Shown: positions 52,168 through 64,000 of the stretch, one piece after another | How positions within the stretch are numbered: the first letter of the stretch is position 1 | Layout: each line of letters starts with the position of its first letter | Assembly: GCA_964016885.1 (NCBI GenBank) | Contig: OZ024745.1 | Span: 110,484,001-110,548,000, forward strand | Length of the DNA: 64,000 nucleotides | Origin: Eledone cirrhosa | Taxonomy: Eukaryota | Reading direction: 5' to 3' | Made by a program: the position numbers and the translations under genes | Notes under the pieces: model-generated | Told to the model about the DNA's origin: nothing | What the model saw: the letters and a program-made list of their open reading frames with translations, nothing else | Database searches by the model: none

Positions 52168-53943
52168 CACACACATATATATATATACACACATACTCAC
52201 ACACAATTACAAGAAATAGATAATAAAAACAAACAAAAAATCTAGAAACACAAATTTCTGTTTAAAACTGAAAATTTAGCAAACTCTGGCATATTACATA
52301 CAAACAAAATTCTTTTCAACAAATGACATGACCAACAAGTTGAAAATTTGCCCACTAGTTCAGCAACGAATTTCTCTGTAGAAAACAATAGTGAGAAACT
52401 ATTTTGTTACTTTTTAATAATGTTCATCTTGTCTGCCATGGGTTTACAAAGCAGTTTCATTTCCCGTTAGAATTTTTTTAACAACATCAGTTTATTTAAT
52501 TATTTTGAAAGATACAATTTTTTTGCCTAAGAACTTAAATGTACCGAAATTTTAAATAACATACATATAAAACACAAGCATAATATACATACACATAATA
52601 ACATATGTATAAATTACTCTGAGTACACACATAAAATACATACAACACACACATAAATACAACAATTCACACATTTTGGGGAAAAAATATATATAAAATA
52701 TTTTAAATAAATCTACGACAAAGATGTTTTATTTTTCTCCATTCCAACTTTTCCCACCCCTTGCATCTTATTTTCAATAATGTCTGGAAGATTCGGACTT
52801 CTTTTGTTTTTATTTTATTTATTTATTTTTAAATTTAAACTGTTTTTGATGAAATTTTCCGATAGAAATGATGTTCATGAAATACCTAATATTTCTTGGT
52901 TTAATTTCTGCTACACTGTTGCTACAGTTTGTTTGTTGGGGTTATTTGAACTCTGGTTTATTGTTTTTAAGTCTTTTCTGTTTTATTAAAGGCATTTTTT
53001 TTTTATTTATTAATTTTATATTATTAAATAAAAATATATGTAAATAATGTTTTTACGAGTTCTTTACAACTTTATAATAAAAAAAAAATGTCCATTATTA
53101 CTCACACACAGACACTACTCCATTGTATACTTTGTCCAATTTATTGGATGGCTGTTGACTCTACTGAGTTCTTCCACTCTTTGACAGGTTTTGTTTTTCA
53201 ACCCATAGGGTGTCCAAATTCACCCTCCTCACAAAGTAATCTTAGTGGGGTTGCCAGTTTAGTTGCTGACGACCCGACCATGCACAGGTTGTACTAGGTT
53301 ACATGTTACCAGTAGCACTGAAGAACAGCCTGACATACACACACAGAAACACACAAACACACACACACAACAAACATACAGAAGGTTTCTGTGCAGTTTC
53401 TGCTAATCAAACTTCGCTGACAAAGCATTTTGATTGAACTCCAAACCAAGTCATTTTGAAGCCAAATTACTAACTACTCAGCCATGGCTGAAGCTAACAG
53501 CATCATTTTATTTCTGTTTTTTCTTTGCTGGTGTGGGTTGGACAGATCAGTACAGGTGAAATGAGTACTTTACCAGAACGTTTGTCCTTCTAGACAAATC
53601 AGGAGACAACATCTCAATCAAATACATTCTATTTTAAGTATCATTTCTACAGCTGATAGAATTTCTCATGGTATTCATCCTGGCTTGCTGAGTTCAAATC
53701 CTGCCAAGATCAAATTTGTCTTTCATTATTCCAGTGTTGATAAATATAGTACTAGTCAAGTTCTATTTCATTGGATCAAGTACTATACTTGGGTCAATTC
53801 TCCCCTATCTGTCTCTCTCCCACTGAATCGACTATGTTGCACTATGAAAAGGGTCAAACCACTGACAGCACCCTTTTCCCCATAAACAGTGAAGGGCTAG
53901 AAACCATTTCTCATAGTAAAGCTGATATGTTAGACAAGCCTCC

Positions 53944-54281
53944 TCATCATCATCATCATTTTACGTCCACTTTTCCCTGCTTGCAAGGGTGGGACGGGAA
54001 CTGATTCTGGCTTGATTTCTACAGCTGGATGCCCTTCCTAACACCAACCTCATTTACAGTGAGTGCTGGGTGCTTTTTTGCTGTGGAACCTCCACGACCA
54101 CTTTACAGTGGAATGATATGGACCCTAGTCCCTATCATCTCATTTCTACAGCTGAGTAAACTGGAGCAATGTGAAATAAAGTCTCTTGCTCAAGGAAACA
54201 ACACATCACCTGGTCTGAGAATTGAACTCACAACCTTTCGATTGCAAGGCCAATGCTCTAACCACTAAGCCATGTGCCTTC
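53944..54281 (-). mobile_element. tRNA-headed CORE-type SINE (tail type 2), full length
   Basis: A- and B-box head, CORE, GGAAGGGCATCC body, CCCGTCCCACCCTTGCAAGCAGGG..(TGA)n tail. Confidence 0.9.
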
Positions 54282-55308
54282 AAAAAATGTTAATGCACAA
54301 CAGTATACACAATAGTAAAATATGAAAAAGTGAAATAAAATAGTTTTGATCAGGAGGGGAGAAACTTAACTGGCATTTTGAGTTACTGAGAGTTTAAAGC
54401 TACTTCTTTGTGTGTTCTTATTAATCATTAATTAAGCAATGGTTAACAACATCAACCTTGCCAACCAATCAACTAATACACCAACCAAATGAACTAACAA
54501 GTAAGCCACAACATAGTCTATCAACCTGCTAGAAACAGCAAGTAAATCTCTCTCAAACCATATTCTACTGACATAAAATAAACGACAAAAGTCAATTAAC
54601 TACTTTAGCTCTAGGTCTATGGCAAAACACACACACACAGACAGAGAGTAGGTTTTGGTTTGAATCCTTTTGATGATAGGTGCTCAGGTGTGACCATGAT
54701 CTAAGCAAAAACAACAACAATCATAACATTGACAAAAGTCATAACTAACAAACTACAAGATCTAAAGTATTAAGTTCATTGCATCTAGTAAGAAGAATCA
54801 ACAATAAAATAAAATAAGATAAGTTATAAAAAGTAAAATATTTTCAGATAATAAAACTAATCAAGGACAATAAACAAAATAATATCATGTTTCGTGATTG
54901 TTGTTTCTGTTTTACTTTGATTATTGTTATTTATTTCTACACTTGTTTAAATCACAGAATATTTAAGTTTCCCAAGAATAATTAGCATTGAATAGAAACA
55001 TACCCCACCACCATGCAAACAGATACACATTCTCACACACACACTCACACACACATATACATACATAAACAAAATAAAAGAACATATCACCATTACTAAA
55101 TGATCAATAATTAACTATGTGTAAGCTTAATTTGTTAAAAAAAAAAAAAGCAATCCTTTCTTGTTTTCCTTGTTAGCTTTTTATAGATATACATACATAC
55201 ACATACATATATACATACATATACATACATATATACACATGCATACATATATATATATACATATATATATACATACATACATAAACAAACATATACATAC
55301 ACACACAC

Positions 55309-55339
<31 letters not shown>

Positions 55340-55631
55340 TATATATATACACACACACATACAAATATACATACATATATGAGGGGCGGGGAGGGGTTCT
55401 GCTGTGTTTATCATTGTTATTTATTTATTTATTTGTCTGTGTGTGTTTTCTTTTCTCAATTTTCAGTTTATTGGTTTCTAGCTTCTCAAGTTGACTTCAT
55501 AGAAAAAAATAGAAAATAAAAATAAAAACGAAAGGAAAAACAAACAAACAAAATACTCAAACAATAATTAATTGTAAATGATGTAATCCTCTTTCTAAGC
55601 TGATTTACTTAAAATTTAAACACATGCTCAT

Positions 55632-55677
<46 letters not shown>

Positions 55678-55689
55678 GGTTGTGTGTGT

Positions 55690-55781
<92 letters not shown>

Positions 55782-56059
55782 GAGAGTGAGAGACAAGACG
55801 ACAATGATATACATAATTATACTTAATCTACAAGTATTAGTTTTAAAATGAATATTATAGCAAATCTGGTAAATATCATAGAAATCTATGAAATGAAAAT
55901 GACTAAGGTAAAATAATATTCAGAAATAGCAATATACTGTGTCATCATCTTTGTTGTCGGTGCTGTCATTGTCATCATCTTCATCACTGTCATCATTATC
56001 AATGATGTTGCTGGAGCAGCCATTGTCATTACCAACATTATCATCCTCCTCATCAGTGT

Positions 56060-56455
56060 CTTCATCATCATCATCATTGTCATCATTTTTTTCCTCTTCA
56101 TCATCATCATCATCATTGTCATTATGGTTTTTATCTTCATCACCATCATTGTCATCATGGTTTTCCTCTTCATCATCATCATTGTCATCATTGTTTTCCT
56201 CTTCATCATCATCATCATTGTCATCATGGTTTTCCTCTTCATCATCATCATCATTGTCATCATGGTTTTCCTCTTCATCATCATCATTGTCATCATGGTT
56301 TTCCTCTTCATCATCATCATCATTGTCATCATGGTTTTCCTCTTCATCATCATCATTGTCATCATGGTTTTCCTCTTCATCATCATCATCATTGTCATCA
56401 TGGTTTTCCTCTTCATCATCATCATTGTCATCATGGTTTTCCTCTTCATCATCTT
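56060..56455 (+). repeat. 36/39-bp tandem repeat derived from (TCA)n
   Basis: TCATCATCATTGTCATCATGGTTTTCCTCTTCA, about 10 units. Confidence 0.95.
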
Positions 56456-56869
56456 TGTTATTGGTACTGCCTTTGTCATCATCTTCATCATCAACACTGT
56501 TATTATCAACTTCATCGTCATTGCCATCATTTTTATTTTTTTATACTTGTTTTAGTCATTACACTGTGGCCATGCTGTGGCAGCACTTTGTCGTCCATGT
56601 TTCCATGTGGGATCCATTCCAACACAGCATCTCACCACTTGTTGCATTCATTTGTCATCTTCTTTGTGTGATTCAGCAACCCATGATCAGCTTTCACCAC
56701 TTTTACCTATGTCTTTCTTTAAAACTCCAGACACATACCTAAATGTCCTCATACATACACATTACATGTCCATACCAACACAATGTTCTCCCTTGCACAT
56801 TATATCTAATTCCTCTTATATTCACTTGTCTCATCGTTAATACACATTAACTTTACACATCCATTAGAG

Positions 56870-57034
56870 CAGAGTTTCCCAAACGTTTTCAAACGTGGAA
56901 CCCTTTTTGGTTCAGAAATTTTTTGGGAACCCAAAAGTCTAATACTGTTATATGGTTGTAATATAAATATACTCCTCGACTTTTTTCATAGAACCCCAGA
57001 GACTCCTTTGCAGAACCCACTTCGGGAACCACTG
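56870..57034 (+). mobile_element. hAT MITE inserted in an old RTE fragment (~56700-57130, minus)
   Basis: TIRs CAGAGTTTCCCAAA / TTCGGGAACCACTG. 8-bp TSD CATTAGAG / CATTAGGG. Flanks encode a WYGHVM remnant. Confidence 0.85.
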
Positions 57035-58532
57035 CATTAGGGCATACTTACTTTATTTATTTCTAACCTACAGACATCCTCTGCATTCAATGTCGCTAAT
57101 TCATTATAACATACATCACCCTTCATGTAATTTACTTTCATATAATGAAACCCTCAAACAAAACAGTTTATGGTTCTTACCACAAGAATCTGTAGTAAAG
57201 TTAAGTTCGCAGTAAGTTTTATAATGTTTGAAATGAAATTAAATATAACTGAAAGAATGAGATAAAAGGAAAATAGAAAAGAAACAAAATTATAAAGGTA
57301 AGTAAGGAGTGTGGGGGAAGAGGTGGTGTCACGTGAAAACAGTAACAAACAAACAAAAACAAACAAAAGAAACAAAATAGCATAAATCTATTAAACAGAT
57401 ATAAAGAGATGAACAAATTTGATTAAGCTGATATTGTAAAGAAAAAAAAAAAAAGATATTAATGACGAGGAGGAGGAGGAAGACAATAATATTTATGTTG
57501 TAGCTGAGGAAGTGGGGAAAATAGGATGGTATGGTAATAATGAAGGTGAAAAATGAAGATAATACTGATGAAGAGAAGGAGATGGAAAATGGTGAAGGTG
57601 ACAATGATGATGGAAACATGAAGAGCAAGGCATGTGAAATAAGAGAGAAGAGAGAGAGAAGAGCAATCATTGAAAACTTGAACAGTTATGTACTAAATAC
57701 CTTTACTGTCTGTTTTAATCACTTAATATTTATACTTTGTATATTTGTCAGTAATGTTTTGTCACATGTTTTGTTTTTTTCTTCCTTGATTCATACAACA
57801 ATGAATCATTTAGTCAATAAAAACTGTAGGATTTTCTATCTTCAGCAACTATTTCCCAAATATGATTATAATCTCTACTATTCATTTAATTTAATATATA
57901 AAATTGAAATCATCATCATCAACATCATCACCGTTTTATGTCCATTTTTCCATGCTTACATGGGTTGGATGGTACACATGGTTAGGTTAGCCATCCCACT
58001 ACTGTGCACAACACCAACATGACTAATGTTAGTCCTGTATACACAATTAGTGTAAACCTTATTTATATATGGTTTATCATAGTTTTTGGTGGGGTTTTAC
58101 TGGCTGGGTGCCCTTTCTATCACCAACCACTTTACGGTATGGACAGGGTGTATTTCATCATGCCACCAACACTAGAGAGTTTGTCTGATCAGACTGAGGA
58201 GTCCTCTACCTTGTATCAGTTTTAATTGAAAGTGACTGCTTTCTTAGATGGGTTGCCTTTGCTAAGACTTTCAGAGCCCACATATTGGTTTAGAATGGTT
58301 GCTTTCTTAGCCAGGCTGCCTTCTCCATGGCTTACAGAGCTTACATCTGCTCCACCTATATCATTCTCATTATTTTATTTCCATTTTTCTATGATATGCC
58401 AACATGGGTCAGGTGGATGGTTACAAAGCAAGTCAATATTTAGACAAAACAACTGTCCCCCAAGACTCACCTCAGCTACATTTTGCTTATATATGTTCCA
58501 ATTCTATCATGGCTTCTACAGCTGAATGACAA

Positions 58533-58721
58533 ATAATTGTTTCTACTTTTGGCACAAGGCCAGCAACTATCCCATTGCATGACTGGTACTTTATTTTATC
58601 GGCCCCGTAAGAATGAAAGGCAAAGTTAACCTCGGCAGGATTTGAACTCAGAATGGCAAGGGCCGTAACTCTATACGTCAAAGCATGGCGTCCAACCCTC
58701 TACCGATACTGCCAATCCACC
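58533..58721 (-). mobile_element. Meta/MESC-type tRNA SINE, full length
   Basis: Reverse complement of the 23084 unit. Confidence 0.85.
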
Positions 58722-58864
58722 ACATTAGACTACATGTGTATTGACTCCTTTATTCAAGCAATGACATTTGTTTTTATGTAAGAACAGCCATCTTTAACTG
58801 TACAAAAGGCCGGAGCTCAGCCGTCGGGGTCCTGACTCTTTTACTATATATATATTTATATATA

Positions 58865-59193
58865 TCATTATCATCATTTTACGTCCGCTTTTCCCTGCTT
58901 GCAAGGGTGGGACGGGAACCAATTCTGGCTTGATTTCTACAGCTGGATGCCCTTCCTAACACTAACCTCATTTAGTGCTGGGTGCTTTTTTGCCATGGCA
59001 CGTCTACAACCACTTTACAGTGGAATGATAGGGACCCCAGTCCCTATCATCTCATTTCTACAGCTGAGTAAACTTGAGCAATGTGAAATAAAGTGTCTTG
59101 CTCAAGGAAACAACACATCAGCCAGTCTGAGAATTGAACTCACAACCTTTCGATTGCAAGCCCAATGCTCTAACCACTAAGCCATGTGCCTCC
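58865..59193 (-). mobile_element. tRNA-headed CORE-type SINE (tail type 2), full length
   Basis: As 53944. Flanked by an ATATATATCAT-like duplication. Confidence 0.9.
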
Positions 59194-59351
59194 ATATATA
59201 TATATCATAAATCATGTCCCTAGAATTATTAGATAAAATATATACAATTTCCTCTCCCAATTAGCATAATTAACCATATAAAAATCAATTAGTTGTGACT
59301 TTATGTATATGTAAATCTTTATATATATATATATATATATATAATCATCAT

Positions 59352-61737
59352 CATAATCATCATCATCATCATTTTACATCCGCTCTTCCCTGCTCGCAAG
59401 GGTGGGACGGGTCTTATTCAGCACAGCATCTCTCCACTCGTCACGGTCCTTCGTCATCTCCACCGTGAGCTTCAACGATCTGAGGTCTGTTCTCACCACC
59501 TCCACCCACGTCTTCCTTCAACTGGCATTTCCTGGCACTTCTTCACCCATCGGTCATCCTCCATGCGCATCACATGTTCATACCACCTCAGTCTCCTCTC
59601 CCGTACACTACATTCTATCCCTCTCAGACACAGTTTCTCTCTCAACACATTCATGCTGGGTCATTCACACACATTTACACTGCACATCCAATGGAGCATG
59701 CTTGCCTCATTTATCTCCAGCCATCGCATATCCTCTGCAGTTGCTGCCCATGTCTCACTACCATGCAGCATCGCGCTCCTCACACAGGCATCATATGCAG
59801 GGAGAAACCCTTCATCAGCAGAGGAAGCAGCCCCCTAAACTTCTTCCAACCCGTCATTCTAGATACTATGGCCTCGGAACACCCTCCTCCCATGCTAATC
59901 TGATCTCCTAGGTACCAGAAGCTATCCACCACTTCTATAGCACCCGCCTGCATTTGAAAAATGTGTCTATCAATGCGACTTCAACTGTCTAATTTCCCTG
60001 TACATCTACTGCATACATATTTCTCCCTACCTGTTAGTTTGCCTGTATCCCGCTACATCTCTTGTGTACCCAGGATCTGCATTGTGTGCATTTTATAGAA
60101 TTTATGCCAGTTCCTTTTCTGCATATCAAACATGGCCATTTCCCAGATGGAATCAGAGTTTGTCCTCTTTTCTACTCATCAACACTTTGTCTTAGCTAGG
60201 TTCACTCTCAGTCCTCTTGCTTCCAACTGCTGTTTCCATAGCCAGAATTTATTCTCTAGCTCCTCTACTGATTCTGCTATAAGAACCAGATCGTCAGCAT
60301 AGAGAAGTTCCCATGGACAGCCAGTCTTAAACTCCTCTGTTATGGTTTGGAGGACTATAATGAACAAGAGTGGGCTGAGGACCGAACCCTGATGTACTCC
60401 TACTTGTATCTGGAATTCCTTACTAAACTCCATTCCTACCCTGACTTTACTGAGAGTACCTCTGTACAAAGTTTGCACTGTCCTCACAAGCCATTCCTCA
60501 ACACCTAGTTTCCTTAGGGACCACCAGATGACAGATCGGGGTACCCTATCAAAGGCCTTCTCTAGGTCAACAAAGGCTAAGTACAGTGGCTTATTTTTCT
60601 CGAAGAACCTCTCTTGTAATTGTCTCACCAAGAAGAGGCATCTGTTGTACTCTTCCCAGGCACAAAACCAAACTGCATCTCATCTAGTTTGACCCTTTCT
60701 TTAATTACTTGCGCTAATATCCTTTCTGCCACTTTCATAACCTGATCCATCAGTTTTATACCCCTATAATTGCTCCTCTCCAGAGCATCCCCTTTACCTT
60801 TGTAGCAATTTATGAGAATACTGCTGCACCAGTCTTTGGGTATGACACCACCATATATAGACTGATTGATGATGCGTGCAACCAGTTTAGTGCCTACGTC
60901 CCCTGACGCCTTCAGCATCTCAGCAACTATTCCCGATGGTCCAGCAGCCTTACCATTTTTCATTTTCTTAATCGCCTCTTGGACCCTATATTCGTCAATC
61001 TCAATAGCTGGTCCCTCTGTTGGATCTACTAAGGGTAATTTCTCTCTCTCCCATTCGTTCTCCACATTCATCAGTCTCTCATAATGACATTTCCAGGCCT
61101 CCTTTTTCTGATCATTCACCGGCATCATTCCGGACACATTTATCTCCAACAACATCCTGATTTGCATTGACACACTGCCTTGCAATGTGGAACACCGCAC
61201 ACCTCTGATCTTCCCGTTGCAGAACATTGGCAAACCTCCTACTCTCAGCCTCCCTGCGTGCTAAGTACACCTGACGTCTAGCTTCTCTCTTAGCGGCTGT
61301 ATATTCTTCCCTACTCCCACCCTTTTACCAAGCCTTCCATGCTAGTCTTTTGTCTCTAATGGCCTTATCTACTGTGCTGTCTACCACCAGGTCACTCTCT
61401 GTCTGGTTGGAGCTCTGCTCCAGCCACAAGTTTCATCAGTAGCCTGCAGCAAGTTGTCACATAAGAAATTCCAGTTATTATCTATGTCATACGTCTCTAA
61501 ATCGTCTTCTTTTTCGTCATATACATCTTGAAGGGCTTTCCTAAATTTGTATTTTAGTGAAAGGTCTTTTAGCTTCCAGACCTTTCTTCTCCACACCTTC
61601 CTGTATGTCTCATTCCATCTCTTGCTTACTGAGATATCACTAACGACTAACCTATGCTGTGGGGTACATTCTTCCCCAGATTATGCCTTGGTATTAGACA
61701 CTATCTGCCTGTCCCGCTGCCTAACTAGTAAGAAGTC
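59352..61737 (-). mobile_element. 5'-truncated, frameshifted RTE-clade LINE (APE C-terminus, RT, PHD-type finger, 3' tail)
   Basis: APE end DFLLV..QHRLV; KAAGPSG; NYRGIKL; QFGFVPGKST; AFVDLEKAFDRV; GVHQGSVLSPLLF; LLYADDL. ORF broken into 61381-61596, 60625-61233 and 60179-60631. (TGA)n tail. 21-bp TSD-like ATATATATATATAATCATCAT. Confidence 0.95.
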
Positions 61738-61759
61738 ATATATATATATAATCATCATT

Positions 61760-61946
61760 GGTGGATTGGCAGTATCGGTAGAGGGTCGGATGCCATGCTT
61801 TCCAGCATAGTTACGTCCCTTTACGATCTGAGTTCAAATCCCGCCGAGGTTGACTTTGCCTTTCATCCTTACGGGGTCGATAAAATAAAGTACCAGTAAT
61901 GTACTGGATAATTGCTGGCCTTGTGCCTAAAGTAGAAACAATTATT
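61760..61946 (+). mobile_element. Meta/MESC-type tRNA SINE, full length
   Basis: Same A-box, B-box, core and tail as 23084. Confidence 0.85.
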
Positions 61947-62367
61947 TAACATTCACTTCCCCTGTTTGCAAGGATTGGAGAGGTCATCAGCAGACTAGGT
62001 CAGTACTCAAGCAGAAGCATTAACTTAATGGATGGGTTAAGAGTCTGCATTTCACTTACATACATTCCCTCACTCTGCAGAGTGCTCAAACAGACCAGTA
62101 GCCTGCAACTCACAATCTCGTACACTACTGAGTGCATTTTACCATGACACCAGAACTAGAGAGGCTGTCATGTTTGACACAGCTGAAGAGTCCTCTTCCC
62201 AACCCTTTGTTTTGTAGGTTTTCTCTGCTGCATGGCTTGGCTTTTCTATCACCAACCACTTTACTGAGCACATTTATCCTGTAAATCTAGGAAAATTAGC
62301 TGAAGAGCTTTCTTGATCTTTTGTTTGGCAAATATTGTAGACCAAGTATTCTACAGCCATAAATCAC

Positions 62368-62439
<72 letters not shown>

Positions 62440-63171
62440 CTGTGCTAACTTTATCACCACAATTCAAGGTTTGATCATCAGATTTATATGGCATCAGAAT
62501 GTGAAATGCTGTTGTAAAAGATTACTTTTTCATGATTCATAGCTTATTGGCTGTTCTCAGAAGATAAACAAATACCTTTATTTGTTCACTTTTGAAGAGA
62601 GCTTAGGGCAAACACTATTTATATTAAACAACCCAGATTTTAACTAAAATGGCTACACAATGAACATATAGCATACATAAAAAAAAATCTATAACTCATT
62701 TAATGTAGGTATAACTAGTTTTAAATTACAGACATCGATGTGAAAAGGAACAACTGTAAACACACTTTACTATTCTCTTCATATACAGAAAACCATAAAA
62801 GATTGTAAATGGAAAACCTCAATAAAACTAACAACTAAGCCAGAAAAATTAAATTAACCCTTTTATTATCAAACCAGATGAAACTATCCCTGGTTCTAAG
62901 ATACAAAACTATTTATGTTAAAGTGTGTATATGTAAAAGCTAGAGCTGCTCCAATAACCAAGTTGGGTGATTAGTTGATAAGTCAAAACTGAGTAATCAT
63001 CAACTGCCAATTATCTATAATGTTATGTATTATATGAAAATGTATATTATGATTAATAGTAAATGATATATTTTAGTATTTCATAATTAACCTCAAATTA
63101 TGGAGCTACTATTTGAGAGCATATGGTGACAAAATTAGGCTGAATTTACTTTAGGTGATAACATAAACCAT

Positions 63172-63440
63172 TCATCATCATCATCATCGTTTAACGTCCA
63201 TTTTCCACGCTAGCATGGGTTAGACGGGTTGTCCCATTAGAGGCAAGTTTGGTCAGGTGACCGTATCTTACTTTTGTAGGACTGTTTCTGGCGAGATTTC
63301 TATGGCTGGATGCCCTTCCTAATGCCAACCACATTTACAGTGTGGGCTGGGTGCTTGTTGTTGTGACTCTTACACGACCACTTTACTGTGTGGGCTGGAT
63401 GATTTTGTTGTGATTCCTACAGAACCACTTTAGTGTGTGC
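63172..63440 (-). mobile_element. headless RTE-tailed element with internal repeats
   Basis: Near-identical to 33905-34185; tail CCACGCTAGCATGGG. Confidence 0.8.
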
Positions 63441-64000
63441 ATGAATTGGCTATATGGAGCAATTTTAATATTTTTACATAATAATTTATGAATTCTTAAA
63501 TTTGAAAATTAGATTTTGTTTATTTGAGTCAGTTGGTAACAAGAATCCTTATTAAAGGAAATTTTTGTTATACCTTTGTATACACATATAATCAGAATCT
63601 TTATAGTATTTTAAATTTTTTTATTTTTTTGTAAAAGACCAATTAAATACATATCCTCTGAGGTGGGTAGGAGCATCTCACATCCACTTTGATACCCTTT
63701 AACATACTGAAAAAAAGTGGACAGAACTGTTGTCAGCTGCCATTTAGCTTAAAGGTAATGCACTTGGTTGAATTCATGACATACAGAGTTCAATTCTCTG
63801 CTGGTCACTAATTTTTCTGTCCCTAAAGATATTTTGCCCAATTTTTTTTATGTTATTATCATTGAATTTTAACATTTCAAATTTCAATCATACAAATGCC
63901 TTGACCAATCATAAGATTTATATATTTATGTATTTCTAAATGTTGAATTCAATATGTTTTCCGGATTTCTCTGTCACTCATGACTTTCTTGCTCCAAAAT

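Noticed and set aside
54210-54281. tRNA-like sequences (also ~59120-59193 and ~44975-45045) as real tRNA genes
   Set aside because: No proper acceptor stem or terminator; they continue directly into SINE CORE sequence.
55886-56742. Met-rich 214-aa and Ser-rich 267-aa ORFs (superficially reflectin-like Met content)
   Set aside because: They derive from a (TCA)n tandem repeat and lack the reflectin M/FD(X)5MD motif and Tyr/Arg/Gly composition.

Overview
AT-rich, microsatellite-dense eukaryotic DNA with no intact long gene. The repeat landscape (tRNA-headed CORE-type and Meta/MESC-type SINEs, RTE LINEs with (TGA)n tails, abundant TA/CA/GTT repeats) looks like a coleoid cephalopod, probably Octopus; the species call is an inference. 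The window is intronic or intergenic and is a layered transposon landscape. Non-LTR elements: a 5'-truncated, frameshifted RTE LINE (59.35-61.74 kb) carrying a PHD-type zinc finger inside its RT region, Rex3/Expander-like RTE fragments, a Tx1/L1 3' end inserted in an (ATAG)n repeat, and CRE-clade RLE-domain 3' ends. DNA elements: a non-autonomous Helitron that keeps an STPR-like N-terminal ORF, two piggyBac-type TTAA MITE families, and hAT and Tc1/mariner MITEs. The most notable observations are (i) several minimal hammerhead-ribozyme cores of the Penelope type, one with an ~80-nt rod-like stem II; (ii) a modular SINE whose head, body and tail can be seen being assembled, and whose tail matches the neighbouring LINE; (iii) several long inverted repeats able to form dsRNA; and (iv) a few minus-strand exon-like segments, one duplicated 7,250 bp away inside a SINE. 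Almost all ORFs in the supplied track are low-complexity artefacts. Everything here was read by eye; no searches or folding programs were run, and boundaries of old repeats are approximate.
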